Positions 47,674 to 60,000 of a DNA stretch of 60,000 bases are shown one piece after another (position 1 is the stretch's first letter; each line of letters starts with the position of its first letter). The stretch is from Schmidtea polychroa. Its lineage: Eukaryota. The DNA lies in contig CM097885.1 of NCBI GenBank assembly GCA_044892525.1, positions 4,590,001 to 4,650,000 of the forward strand, read 5' to 3'. The translations under genes and the position numbers were made by a program. The notes under the pieces were generated by a model, which was given only the letters and a program-made list of their open reading frames with translations, was not told the origin of the DNA and ran no database searches.

Positions 47674-48897
47674 TTATACCAAAACAGTACGAGTATATGT
47701 AATTTGAATTTCTTTTTCAAAAACTCCATATACAATTACAGAAACAGCTTCAGTAAGTGAAGATGCGAATTTAATATCTAATCGCAAATTTCCACTTTGT
47801 GGTAACTGACTTTGATGAAGATCAAAATCTGGTGCCAATACGAATGTAAAGAATGGATACCTGCTCTTAAAATCAGACATGGTGATACCGCAATTCATAT
47901 TTTTATTTAGATAACCCATATTTCTAATAATCGATTGCATATAACTTGTACTATAATCATCATTCTCAAAATCTTGACTATATTTTTCGCGATAATCACT
48001 TCCTTTACTTAAAGTTATGGACTTGACATTAAAGTGATCAAATATAGAAAATGATTCTGAAAACGACCCACTAAATCTTTTACTAGATTGAAATGCAACA
48101 AGTATAAAATTAGGTAATCGTCTATCTCCAAATATTTGTTCTTTATAAAAAGAGGAAGAACCAATAGGTAATGAGAAATCAACAACTTCTTTGCTTCTTA
48201 AAGGATAAATTGCATTTTTTGTAGACAGACCAATTTGATGTCCTGCCAAAACCGATGGTTCAACACGAACTCTTCTAACCATTAATTTTGCGTCTAATAA
48301 TAAAATTTTCGGTTCAATTTTCGCACAAGTTAGACTAAGTGTTGGATTTGATCTTGTTAATTTAATTTGAACACTAACACCTAGTAGTAAATATTTAGGT
48401 TGATCAAAGAAATCAAATTGAAGTGGGGAACATAAAGAAAAGGATTTTGATTTTTCAATCCATGTTTTTCTCGTAAGATCTTTGTTAGTATACCCCATTC
48501 CACCTAAAGATGTTCGTTTAGTATCTCCGTCATAATTTATAAGTGTTTCAATTAATGCTTTGTGGGCAAATCTATCATTTGATCCTTCAACTTTGATTGA
48601 ATTAAAAATTAATTCAACATCTTTAAAGAGGGTTTGGAAGAAGAAATTATTTGGAATTACTTCTGATTCGCCTAAATTCTCACCTAAATTATTAACAACT
48701 TTCAATTGAATATATAACAAAGTATCATTCAAATCTAAATATTCAGTCTGCGATCCGTTTATGTAAAATTGAATCGAAGAAGAACCAGCATCTGTAATAG
48801 AATTTCTTGGGTAAATATCTTCAAATGCTCCATGTTCAATCACTGCTTGGGGAGAAGGTCTATCAAAAAGACATAATTCTGATTTAGCACTAATCAT
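47674..48897 (-). CDS. Major capsid protein of element B (intact, 407 aa)
   Basis: KSELCLFD, YLDLNDTLLY, GNLRLDIKFA. Confidence 0.9.
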   Translation of the reverse strand: MISAKSELCLFDRPSPQAVIEHGAFEDIYPRNSITDAGSSSIQFYINGSQTEYLDLNDTLLYIQLKVVNNLGENLGESEVIPNNFFFQTLFKDVELIFNSIKVEGSNDRFAHKALIETLINYDGDTKRTSLGGMGYTNKDLTRKTWIEKSKSFSLCSPLQFDFFDQPKYLLLGVSVQIKLTRSNPTLSLTCAKIEPKILLLDAKLMVRRVRVEPSVLAGHQIGLSTKNAIYPLRSKEVVDFSLPIGSSSFYKEQIFGDRRLPNFILVAFQSSKRFSGSFSESFSIFDHFNVKSITLSKGSDYREKYSQDFENDDYSTSYMQSIIRNMGYLNKNMNCGITMSDFKSRYPFFTFVLAPDFDLHQSQLPQSGNLRLDIKFASSLTEAVSVIVYGVFEKEIQITYTRTVLV

Positions 48898-49292
48898 TTT
48901 TCAAAGATGGTACCATATCCTTTCATTCTTTTGTTTATATGTTTCTTCATAATTTTTCGGCGTTTAAGTATTCCGCCTTTTTGTTCTTTATCATTTTTAA
49001 ATACATCGGATACTTTATTAATTACTTCAGGTAAATGTTGCATCACAGCTGGTAATGATTCTTTAATTTCAGAAATTGCATTTGATTTTAAAGCAGGCAA
49101 GATATTTGCATTGTTATTTATTACGTCATTAGCAGTTTTCATACCAAAATTTCCTATTCGTCTAAGAATTGGGAGTGCAAATCTACCTATTGTCTTCAAC
49201 CAACCGGTTCCATATTGTTTACCAACAAAATATGATAAATCACCACCCGATTGGTTACTACTATAAAAATGTATTATGTCAGGATTACTCAT
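48894..49292 (-). CDS. Small virion/core protein of element B
   Basis: NQSGG..KQYGTGWLKTIGRFALPILRR; homolog of 15050-15412. Confidence 0.7.
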   Translation of the reverse strand: MSNPDIIHFYSSNQSGGDLSYFVGKQYGTGWLKTIGRFALPILRRIGNFGMKTANDVINNNANILPALKSNAISEIKESLPAVMQHLPEVINKVSDVFKNDKEQKGGILKRRKIMKKHINKRMKGYGTIFEK

Positions 49293-50301
49293 TTATTTTA
49301 CGAAAATGTAATGTCAAGTATGTTTTATCTTCTTTTCCAAATATATATTTTCCACTATCATCTCGTATATTGATTTCTATATTGTTTATATATGAAGACG
49401 ATACAGGTAAGTACATTGGATTCTTTTCAATTATTTGTACTAAATCATCTTTTTTATGTTTTTCCACCCAAATACATTTCAAAAGAGGGACCAATGTATC
49501 ACCAACAATAATTGGTTCGATAATATTTGTATAGATCATCAATTGTTGATTGCGTTGTAATACTTCAGGTTCTTTAAAACCAATAATAAGTTTGTCAGTA
49601 TATGCTTCTTCTAATAATCCTAAACTATTGGCTAAAAATTTACTAAATTGAACTTTACTGACATCATCATCCATTACAATTTTAACGATTTTTCCTTTTT
49701 GAATATCAACAGATTTGAATGGACGAGGATAAAAGGTTGATAGTTGATCATTTATTTGCGAAAGATCTGTAATGATATTTTCTTCGAATGTATCTGTAAA
49801 CTCGACATCGTAATAATATTGTATAGTTAATCGAATTGTATCAAACTTTATTTTTCGATTATTTGGAGGAATAGTGATTTGGTTCAAGGTTTTTTTAAAA
49901 GTTATTTCTTTTTCAGAAAATCCCAATTTTTGCGCTTCTTTAATACTATCGAATTCTACTTTAAAAGGAAAATATTTACAATTAATGTTCAATGTATTTC
50001 CATCAATATATATTAAATAAAATGGAGAGTCGTGACTGATTGTATATTCATTTTTTTCTTGGTTAAAGTAAAAGTATTCATAACTTGTATGTAATACACT
50101 TTTACTATATTTGACATTTGAATTGTTGTAAAAAGGAAAATAATTATACACAAAGGTAAAGTCCATGAGAGCTACTTCCCATTCACCATCCAAGTAAATA
50201 GGATTTTGAAATTCGACATTAAATTTACCAGCTTCATTATTTGGATGAGTCTGAGGACAACGATTAGAAGGTAAATTCACATAAAAATCTTTTTTAATCA
50301 T
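49285..50301 (-). CDS. Minor capsid protein (penton) copy 1 of element B
   Basis: FYVNLPSN, WEVAL, IEINIRDDSG, LTLHFRK. Confidence 0.85.
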   Translation of the reverse strand: MIKKDFYVNLPSNRCPQTHPNNEAGKFNVEFQNPIYLDGEWEVALMDFTFVYNYFPFYNNSNVKYSKSVLHTSYEYFYFNQEKNEYTISHDSPFYLIYIDGNTLNINCKYFPFKVEFDSIKEAQKLGFSEKEITFKKTLNQITIPPNNRKIKFDTIRLTIQYYYDVEFTDTFEENIITDLSQINDQLSTFYPRPFKSVDIQKGKIVKIVMDDDVSKVQFSKFLANSLGLLEEAYTDKLIIGFKEPEVLQRNQQLMIYTNIIEPIIVGDTLVPLLKCIWVEKHKKDDLVQIIEKNPMYLPVSSSYINNIEINIRDDSGKYIFGKEDKTYLTLHFRKINE

Positions 50302-51346
50302 TTATTTTACGAAAATGTAATGTCAAGTGTGTTTTTGTATCTCTACTAAATTTTATTAATTTTCCACTATCATCTCGTATATTGATTTCAATGTTGTTTA
50401 TAGAAGAATTAGAAATTGGTAGATACATTGGATTCTTCATTTCTAGTTGCACAATTTCTCCTTGTTCATATTTTTTTTTCCAAATAGATTTCAATAACGG
50501 AACTCTTACATCTCCAACAGTCAATGGTTCGATAATATTTGAGTAAATAAACATTTGTTGATGATGATTAAATAATTTTGGAATTTTTGTTCCAATAATT
50601 TCTTTCTCTGTAAATGTTTGTTTCTTTAATCCCAATGTTTTTGTTAAATTTTTATCAAAGGTTATTGATGAAATGTTATCAGCAAGACTTATTTTAACCA
50701 ATTCATTATTTTGTATTTTTAAATCTTTAAAGGGAGACGGATTAATTGTCATTAACTGACCATGTATTTCAGATAAAGTATTGATGTATAGTTCATCTTC
50801 GAAATAATGTTCAAATTTTGTTTTTTCAACAACGCTTATAATTATACCAAATTGATCAATTGTTTTATCTTCTGTAAATTTTGGTAATTTAATTCGCAAA
50901 TGATCACTATCACTAATAACCGATACTGATTTTAATCCAAATTTATTAGCATGTTCAAAATCTGGAAACGTTATTTTAAATGGAACATGTGGACAAACAA
51001 CAACCAAATTCTCATATCTTTCAATGAACATGTCAACTTCAGGAGTATTTTTAGGATTTATTACTTCAAAGGTTCGATTTGAATTATTTATTCTAAAATA
51101 TTTAATTTCTTCATCCATCTTTACTTTTTCATATTGTATCAATGAATTACTGTAATAAGGAAAAGTATTATACACAAAGGTAAAGTCCATGAGAGCTACT
51201 TCCCATTCACCATCCAAGTAAATAGGATTCTGAAATTCGACATTAAATTTACTAGCTTCATTATCAGGGAAAATAAGAGGACAACTATTAGAAGGTAAAA
51301 TAATATAAAAATCTTTAATATAAAAATTTTCATTAAAAATTACCAT
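50294..51346 (-). CDS. Minor capsid protein (penton) copy 2 of element B; start codon lies in the TIR
   Basis: FYIILPSNS, WEVAL, IEINIRDDSG, LTLHFRK. Confidence 0.85.
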   Translation of the reverse strand: MVIFNENFYIKDFYIILPSNSCPLIFPDNEASKFNVEFQNPIYLDGEWEVALMDFTFVYNTFPYYSNSLIQYEKVKMDEEIKYFRINNSNRTFEVINPKNTPEVDMFIERYENLVVVCPHVPFKITFPDFEHANKFGLKSVSVISDSDHLRIKLPKFTEDKTIDQFGIIISVVEKTKFEHYFEDELYINTLSEIHGQLMTINPSPFKDLKIQNNELVKISLADNISSITFDKNLTKTLGLKKQTFTEKEIIGTKIPKLFNHHQQMFIYSNIIEPLTVGDVRVPLLKSIWKKKYEQGEIVQLEMKNPMYLPISNSSINNIEINIRDDSGKLIKFSRDTKTHLTLHFRKIND

Positions 51347-52339
51347 TGAAAATTTTCATTAAAAAATTTCAATTCTCAAACACCTTCAACTTTTTGTTAA
51401 TAAATTTTAAAATCTTACTTTAATTTACTTATTTAAAATTTTTTACCATTGATTACTTAATTTAAAAATTATTACTTTAATTTACTTATTTAAAATTTTT
51501 TACCATTGATTACTTAATTTAAAATTTGAACCTTAATTAACTTTAATTTAATTTTTAGAACCATAATTTACTTTAATTTAAAAATTTGGACCATTATTTA
51601 CTGTAATTTAATTTTTTAGAACCATAATTTACTGTAATTTAAATTTTTAGGACCATTATTTACTGTAATTTAATTTTTTAGGACCATTATTTACTGTAAT
51701 TTAATTTTTTAGAACCATTATTTACTGTAATTGAAAAATTTGGACCATAATTTACTGTAATTCTAAATTTTTGACCATTATTTACTGTAATTTAATATTT
51801 TAGAACCATAATTTACTTTAATTGAAATATTTACCACGTTTTTTAGTGTAGACCACCTATTTCTCAGGACCAAGGAGACTCACCTCACTATAGTCTGAAA
51901 AATCTTTGGCTTTTTTAGTGTAGACCAGCTTTTTGTATTGAAAATATCCTGAGACCTTAAATTACCATGCGTTTTTAGTGTAGACCAGCTTTTTGTGTTG
52001 AAAATATCCTGAGACCTTAAATTACCATGCTTTTTTAGTGTAGACCAGCTTTTTGTATTGAAAATCCCAGGACCATCGAGACCCCCTCACTATAGTGTGA
52101 AAATTCCATGCTTTTTTAGTGGTAGTCGGATTTTTGTATAGAAAAAAATTTTTTGTATTGAAAATCCCAGGACCATCGAGACCCCCTCACTATAGTGTGA
52201 TAAAAAAAAATTTGGACCAAAAATCCCTGAAAGCAAAAAATGTGAGTTGCAGCAATTGCGTAATCAAAAGTTGCAGCAGAATTTCCCCCCCCCCCCCCCG
52301 GGGGCGGGGGTTGCTGCCGCGGGCCACTATCTACCTACT
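51320..52339 (-). repeat. Right TIR of element B
   Basis: GGACCAT..TTTACTGTAATT array and CCAGGACCATCGAGACCCCCTCACTATAGTG mirror the left TIR. Confidence 0.85.
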
Positions 52340-53529
52340 TACACATGCAGCACACACATCATATTCTGGTTGGATTTCTTCGGTCGAAATCAAGTTGTTG
52401 TTTGTGTACGTCCTCTTTTGAACATAAACGGCTATTTGTAGGCCATGATGTACAGGACCCAATCTCACAAATTATTGCATAAGACCGTCACCATCACTTA
52501 TTATGTATAATATATTCTTGAAGAGGGAATCTAAATTGGCCTAATTTAGCTTCAACTAATTTCAAAACTCCTTATGTGGGCCAGCTTCCAACCCAGGTTT
52601 TTCTGAATGCATTTTATTGTAATATAAATATAAATCAATGAAATAAAATTTGGTGCAATTTAATGCCCAATTTTTTGGATAAACCGTTCAGTAAAATGGA
52701 TTAAATATTCATTAATTTTATAATAAATTAAACTAAACTTTTAACCTTTGTTTTACTGCCTATTTTTGATAATATATCGACCAAAAACATGTTTACTTTG
52801 CATTATAATCTTATTTACTGAAACATAAATTACTGAACATTTTATTAAAATACTGAACATTTAATATTATCAGAAATAAATTGATGCTCATTTGATCAGT
52901 TGACATAAAATTATAAACTGACAAATAAATGTCGTACTATCATTTTAAAATAAATATTTAAACATAAGAAAATGAAAAAAAAATACATTTTTTTTTAGAA
53001 TTGAAAACGTGAAAATAGAATTTCTCTCAAGAAGGAACCTTAGCCATACTAATAACTTGAGGCATTCTAAAGGTTCAATATGTATTTGCTTGATAATGTG
53101 CAATGAAGATCTATAAAAGCTGTTTTAATTACTTTTTTATTATATAGAAAATATTTTTTAATTTTATTAAATTTCCAATATTTTTATTCAAATTTATTAA
53201 ATATAATTTGTAAATATATTATTAGAATCAAAAATAATTTTATATAGAAATGTTTTTTATATTAACATAGAGCATTTTTTAAATTCTTAAAAATTTATAA
53301 AATTTTAAATTTTACTTTTTAAATATATTATTGTCTAAATAATATTTTTAAGTAGGTTTTAAAATAATTATTTTAAATTAATTTTAAACTAATTAAACTT
53401 ATTTAATTGCTTGATCAACAGCACCTCACAAATTACACGTTCCCTATAATTATTAAAATTTTTTAATAAAAATTTAAAATCAGACATACCTATTTTATTC
53501 TTACAGCCATTATTGTACTCACCAATTTT

Positions 53530-53640
53530 GATCAATGCCTTCGGTCTATAATGTTCTCGAGCTCGAAATTCTCTCCAATGTATGTGGCATTACACCCATT
53601 GCATGTTAACCGATACACATATATCGTACTTTCCATGAAT
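53530..53640 (-). mobile_element. Penelope-like retroelement remnant (GIY-YIG endonuclease)
   Basis: Translates to IYVYRLTCNGCNATYIGE. Confidence 0.5.
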
Positions 53641-54624
53641 TTGACACAAGTTTATAAATTAATAAATAAAATTTTAAATTTTTGAACTGAAGAATAATTG
53701 GATTTAGAAGGAAGGATCGATTGAAAATCACAGGAGACCAAAATGGCGCGGTTACTTCATTAAAACAAAAAAGTAAAATTATTATACAATTGTTACTTCA
53801 TAATCACATCTTATATTTAATATCTTTCTCATTCACTGACTCTCTATGGTGTAAGGTTGAAAGAAACCGGTAAACTTATTTGCTACCCTTCAGCATCATT
53901 TTCGTGTTTCAGACGTATCGCAACTGTTGTTGTAAGGAATGGAAAACTAATCTTGAGTAAAATTCTTTATTTCTTATTAAAAAGACAATAATCTAGTCTT
54001 ACATATTCATCCAAACTCGTAATCGGCGGCCTAACCTCAACCCATTTATACAGCTTTGGACACATTGCCCAAATCATTAACACAATCTACAGACATACCA
54101 TTGCAGGCCCAGTTCTTCTTTTAATAAAGAAGTGAGAATCAAAATCTGATACCCATCATCACTAAATGCTCTTTAATATGTTGATATGCAATTTTGGTTC
54201 TAGGACTGACAACATTTGACAAATATCAGTATGTAATTCTACATCCATATTCTCTACCATAAATATATAATGTATTACAGTAAGTGGGAGAGGTGGAAAA
54301 GGGGGCTGATATTCAAAGTATTAATTCAAGGAAAATATTCCTAGATTAAATATGTCGATAATATGGGTACATTCGCAATTTTTGGTCCCTGAATTATAAT
54401 AATATTATGATAAAATTGCCGAATTCAAATGGTTAATTATTTTATCAAAATATCGGATATTACTCTTTCTATGTGACAATATAATTCAGGACCTCAATAG
54501 CCCGGATATCTCACTGGTCATCTTCCTGTTTGGGTCACCCTTTTGTCACGTCCATTTATACCAAATTTAATGATATTTCATTGCCATTGTCAACATTTTT
54601 TAATATCGGTTCAAATCATTAAAT

Positions 54625-54845
<221 letters not shown>

Positions 54846-55529
54846 GTGATGATTTCTTGGTAGCAGCATTAATTAAATTTTAAACAATTAAATAATAATT
54901 CAAGCCTTTTGATGCGAATAACATATTTAATGCAATTTCTCAAGGTCAATATTGTTATTAAATAGTTATTAAATAGTTATTGGAAACTATATTTTTATAA
55001 ATATTTTAAGATATTATTTATTCTCAGATGTTTCTATGAGCTATTTATAAAAGCCCTAAAAATTTAAAAACGTTTTTTAGTGTTTTGTTTTAAATTTAAA
55101 AGATATTTAATAAAAAAAAATTTTTAATTTTAAAATTCTTCAGAAACAAGTTTTTTATTATATTTAACCAATGAGAAGTAAGAAAATTAAAATAAAAGAG
55201 AAGATCAAATTGCATTTGAAAATAGAAGAAACTAAAATAATAAAAACTGACAAGTATGGATGGTCACCATTTAACGAATTTTAAAATGAATGTTGTGGTG
55301 ACAGAGCCGGCTCTTAGGTCGGACTTCGGGCATTTTTCTCTATTAATTATTAATTATTTTCTATTAATTATTAGTAGCTAGGGCAAGATTTCGACACCAA
55401 ATGCAGCGTTGATATTGATGGTATATTGTTGATATAACAATATTGATATTGATATATATTTATTTCATGAGTTAAATTTTTTGTCACAGATTATTCAAGA
55501 GAATACAACTCAATTATAATGCCTGAAAC

Positions 55530-55792
55530 AAATTTTCAAAGATAATATAGACGATGTATATCCCAATACATATATAGCATTGAGAATTATGCTAACAATG
55601 CCTGTTTCAGTAGCTTCTGCCAAACGCAGTTTTTCTAAATTAAAGTTAATTAAAAATGATCTAAGATCAACCATGCAACATAATATGTTAGAGGGAGTGG
55701 CTCTGTTATCAACAGAGAAGGAGATAACAAAACAGATGAATTTTGATGATATTATCGATGAATTAGCAGTAAAAAATATTTGTTCGAAATAA
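55530..55792 (+). mobile_element. hAT transposase C-terminal dimerization-domain remnant
   Basis: VYPNTYIALRIMLTMPVSVASAKRSFSKLKLIKNDLRSTM. Confidence 0.8.
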
Positions 55793-55962
55793 GAATAAAA
55801 AATAATATGTTTATTTATGCATTTTATTGAATATATTGAAATAATAAACATTATGTGTATGTGTGTATATTATTGAATATATTGAAGGAATAAATATTAT
55901 GTTTATGTGTGTATATTATTGAATATATTGAAGGAATAAATATTATGTTTATTTATGTATAT

Positions 55963-56279
55963 TGTTAGAAGCTATAACATTTAATTCTTCTGTCATCAAA
56001 AAAAATTACTAAGACTATTAAATCCAAAATTATATTTCATTAAATCTGATTATATAAACAAATATTCTTGGGACATTTTCTAAATTTTAATTTCAACCAA
56101 ATATCAACATACCATCGCATTCATACTTGAATTTCAATTTTATTAAAGATTATTTTATTTTAAAATTTCAATTATCATTTCAATTTTAATATCTTAAAAT
56201 AATTTAAGTTTCAATTAAAATTTTACAAATTTTAATCATGAACTAATTTAATTTAGTATTTTAAATTTAACTCCTCACA
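55963..56279 (-). repeat. 3' LTR (~317 bp) preceded by polypurine tract
   Basis: PPT AAAAAAGGGGGA, then TGTGAGGAG...CTTCTAACA with imperfect inverted ends. Confidence 0.7.
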
Positions 56280-59200
56280 TCCCCCTTTTTTAAAATGTTT
56301 GATCTTCTCAACATTTCTGACTACCATCTTCCCATTTTGATCTTTAAGTAAGTAGCTCCGTTCATGTATTTTCTTTATCACTTTGTACGGCCCTTCCCAC
56401 CTTGCATCGTCTTTATTTCGAATTTCTTGTTTGATCAAAACCAAATCTTCCATTTCAAAAACTCTCACTGTTTTGCTTATTTTTGGTTTTAGTGTTTTAT
56501 CCTCTATTCTCTTTTCCATATCTTCTCTATTTATTTCTTTATTCGAGTACCATTTCATTCTGTCGATTTTCCTCCCAAATATAATCTCAGCTGGGCTTAC
56601 TCCCGTTGTTTTTTGAACTGTTGCATTTAAAGTATATTCTATTTCTGGCACTATATCAGCCCAGTTTTTCCTTCCTCCTTCATTCAATGACGCGTTAATA
56701 TACTCTCTGATTGTTCTGAATTGTCTTTCAATAATACCATTCGTGTTATGGTGATATGGGCTTGAGAAAATTAATTCAATGCCAGCTGCCTTTGCTAGTT
56801 CTTTTATACTTCTTGCTTCAAAGTTCTTCCCACAATCTACATGAAGTTCTTTTGGAGCTCCAAACTTTAATATCCATTTATTTAATAACGTCTCACTAAT
56901 TGTTTTTTCGTCTTGCTTGTTTATGGCCGTTAATGAGATGTATTTACTATAGTGGTCAATGATTCCGCAAATATATTTCTTTTTGTTGAACGTTTCTTTC
57001 AATGGCCCACATATATCCATATATATCTTCTCGAATGGTTCTGTACTCTTTATTGTTTGAGTTTCCTCCTTTGTCTTGGTTGTTATCGTTTTCATTTTCT
57101 GACATCTTTCGCCGTTCTCAATTACCTTTTTTACTTCCGTTGCTAAATTTTCCATGTCGCAGTTATTCTGGATATATTTCGTTACTTTCTGTGCACCTGC
57201 ATGGCACAGCAATACGTGTACTTCTTTTATCATCCTCTGTCTATTATCTGACGGTATCCATATTTTACCTTGCTTAGTTAGTACCGTGTTGTTTTCCATT
57301 ATGAACTTACAATCTTTATTTTCTAACTTATTCTTTATTTCTTGGACCTCCATATTGTCATTTTGCCACTTGTTATATCCGCCTTCTGCTGTTACTGTTA
57401 ATATTCTGGTTTTAATTTTGCCGGTTTTTGGGTCTTCGTGTTCCATCATACACTGTACACATGTTCCGCAAGTTTTCCTGGATAGCATATCCGCGTTTGT
57501 ATGGCTTGTTCCTTTTCCATTTAATATCCATTTTAATATCCAGGCTGCTTAAATAGTTGATCCATGTCTGGAATTGAGCAGTTATTGGTTTCTTCGTTGT
57601 TACCATAAACGTAATAGCTTTATGGTCCGTTCTCAGTACGAATCTCTTACCATATAAGTAATGGTTGAAATGTTTACAAAAATAGTATATTGCCAATAAT
57701 TCTTTTCTGGTAATGCAGTATCCTTTTTCGTGGCTGCTCATCGCATGTGAACCATATGCAATGACATGTTCATGTCCTTTTTCATCCTTTTGCGAAAGAA
57801 CTGCTCCAATAGTATCGAAGCTCGCGTCTGTGTCTAATATAAATTCTTTTCTGAAATCTGGAAATACCAATACTGGGGCGGTTATCAATGCTTCTTTCAT
57901 TTCCCCAAAAGCCTTTTCACACATCTCTGTCCATCTTATTTTCTCATTGTTTTTTCCGCATATGCTTTCTAGTGCTCTTGCCTTCTTTGCATAGTCTTTT
58001 ATGAACCGTCGATAATAGTTACAGATACCCAGAAAGCTCCTCAGATTCTTTACACATTTTGGCTTTTGAAATGATTGTATTGCTTCTATCTTAGTATTAT
58101 CTATTTGTATGCCGTCTTTATTTATTATGTGTCCCAGAAACTTCACTTCTTTTCTAAATATTTGACATTTTTCGGGGTTCAATCTTAGTCCTGCTGTTGC
58201 GATCTTCCCTAGGACTTTTTCAAATATGTTATAATGGTCTTCTTCTGTCTTTGTGAATATTAGGATGTCGTCTAAATATACCATCACTCCATCTTTCCAC
58301 AAATCTACTATACTTTCGTCATTAATTCTTGAAATGTTCCTAGTGCCGCTGCAATACCGAACGGCATCCTGTTAAAACAGAACTGTCCTTCTTTTGTTGA
58401 GAATGCTGTTTTCTCTTGAGATTCTTTATCTATCTTCACTTGGTAATAAGCATTTCCCAAGTCGATTGAGCTAAAATATCTGGATCCGTGTAGGATGTCT
58501 AAAATTTCATCTACATTTGGCATTGGAAATGCTTGTCTTTCTGTTATCTTGTTTAATTGTCTGAAGTCTAGACAAAGCCTGATGTCTTTTTTCTCTTTCT
58601 TCCATACACAAACTAAAGGTGTGTTCCACGGTGAATTACATTTCCTAATTATTCCGTTGTTTTCTAGCTTTTATATTGCTTCCTCAATCTTGTCTTCCAA
58701 ATTTATTGGCTGACGTCTCGGTTTAATCATTATTGGCTCTCCTTTCGTGATGATCTTATGTTTTATCAGATTGGTACACCCAATGTCCCATTTATCTGCC
58801 ATAAAAACATTCTTGTTTGCCTGAAATATTTCTAACAGTCTCTTATTTCCGGTAACCTTTAAAACGTCGATGGCATGACGTAATCTTTCTTCATCTGTTA
58901 TAATCCGCCCAAATCTAGCTTCTATTTCGCAAATGAAATCACTACGTTTTTCATGTTCTTCTAGTATACATTTCAATTCTATACCAAATATCCTTTGTAG
59001 TTCTACTCCTCCAATAATTTCTGGTATTAAATTCTTTACTATAATGAATGTTACATTTCTTTCAATACTGCCCATTTTAACATTGATGTTTATTTTACCC
59101 ATAGTTTCTAATCTACTGTTGTTTGCACATCTTAGCGATTCCCTTGTTTCTAATATTTCGATATTTTCTAATCGATCAATTACAGATTTAGCCATCACAT

Positions 59201-59369
59201 TAATTCGCGCTCCTGTATCCAATAAACAATCTACTTTCCGCCCTTGGATATCCAGTGTTGTACTCGGTCTACCTTGCATTATATTATATGTTATTACTGG
59301 ACTTTTTTGTTCTTCTACTGACAAAATATTCTGCTCTCTAGTATCTTCTACAATTTCATTAATACACAC
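56253..59369 (-). pseudogene. pol: Gypsy pol polyprotein (fragmented)
   Basis: ORFs 58671-59369, 58308-58523, 57412-58302, 56253-57488. Confidence 0.9.
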
Positions 59370-60000
59370 GTCTCCATTTTTCTTGAGGAATTTGTAAATT
59401 TTCTCTATAGTTCTTTCCTCGTGTTTTACTAATTCATTTACTTTACACTCCTCTTTAAATTTTTCTGAATTTCCTTATCATTCGACTTTTTGATTTCTAC
59501 ACTACTATAATTATTAATATCACGTTCAAAAACACTACAATCTTTATCAATCATACAATCATCATACATACTTAAATTACACATACCGTTAGCATTCATT
59601 CTTTGGTTGAAATCAATATTACTTAGTAAATTGCTCCGATCAATGTCCCGTTTGATGGAGCGTGCTCGTTTGGGTCATTCCCCCTGTTATACTCGTCTGG
59701 CTGGCTTGACTGTTTTGTATTCATCATCTCATCATCAGACTCGATAGCTGCAATATCTTTTCTGTTATATTGTTGGTTTCCCCATTGTCTTTGATGTACG
59801 TTCCTTGATTGATACATATCTTCCCTTTGTTGATAGGTATTTCTTTGAATTCTTCCTCCTGACATCTTCCTTTGGTCTCGATCTCTTCCTTGATTTCGTC
59901 TTTCCATATTTGTGTAGCACTCTCTTTCTTTGTGTCCTCGTGCATTGCATCTATGACATTTGATTGTTGGGCATTCTCTTCGTATGTGACCTTCAACACC

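Larger units (their letters stand above)
24372..52339 (-). mobile_element. Polinton element B (non-autonomous, interrupted by element C)
   Basis: TACACA at 24366-24371 and 52340-52345; AGTA...TACT ends; long TIRs; pPolB, protease, MCP, two pentons. Confidence 0.88.
55963..60000 (-). mobile_element. Ty3/Gypsy LTR retrotransposon (3' part; gag-PR-RT-RH-IN, disrupted)
   Basis: LLDTGA protease, YLDD RT, DTDAS/TDHK RNase H, H..LCH/C.KMK + D,D,E + GPY integrase in Gypsy order; several stops and frameshifts. Confidence 0.93.

Noticed and set aside
56383..59397. Plus-strand ORFs over the Gypsy pol, and similar antisense ORFs over Polinton genes
   Set aside because: Shadow frames of real minus/plus-strand genes with no motifs

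Overview
AT-rich eukaryotic (animal) genomic DNA dominated by three Polinton/Maverick-type (adintovirus-like) elements. Element A (~4300-21339, decayed) has long TCAAGGTCA-rich inverted arms and genes for pPolB, adenain-like protease, major and minor capsid proteins, integrase-chromodomain, packaging ATPase, several small spliced genes and a TATA-binding-protein-like gene. Element B (24372-52339, 6-bp TSD TACACA) is a relative of A with two tandem penton genes but no integrase or ATPase. Element C (28475-43617, 6-bp TSD AAAAAG, ~1-kb TIRs) belongs to a different lineage and is inserted into B's polymerase gene. C encodes MCP, a ZnF-PLA2-integrase fusion, ATPase, protease, penton, a fiber-like protein and pPolB. 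It also carries a cluster of tRNA-spaced A-box/B-box (RNA polymerase III-type) units that look like VA-RNA analogues. Flanks hold a TRAF/MATH pseudogene, pogo, Penelope and hAT remnants, and the 3' part of a Ty3/Gypsy LTR retrotransposon. The 39-48 nt introns, AT content and TRAF pseudogene would fit a planarian-like host, but that is only inference. All protein calls come from motif recognition by eye, not from database searches.
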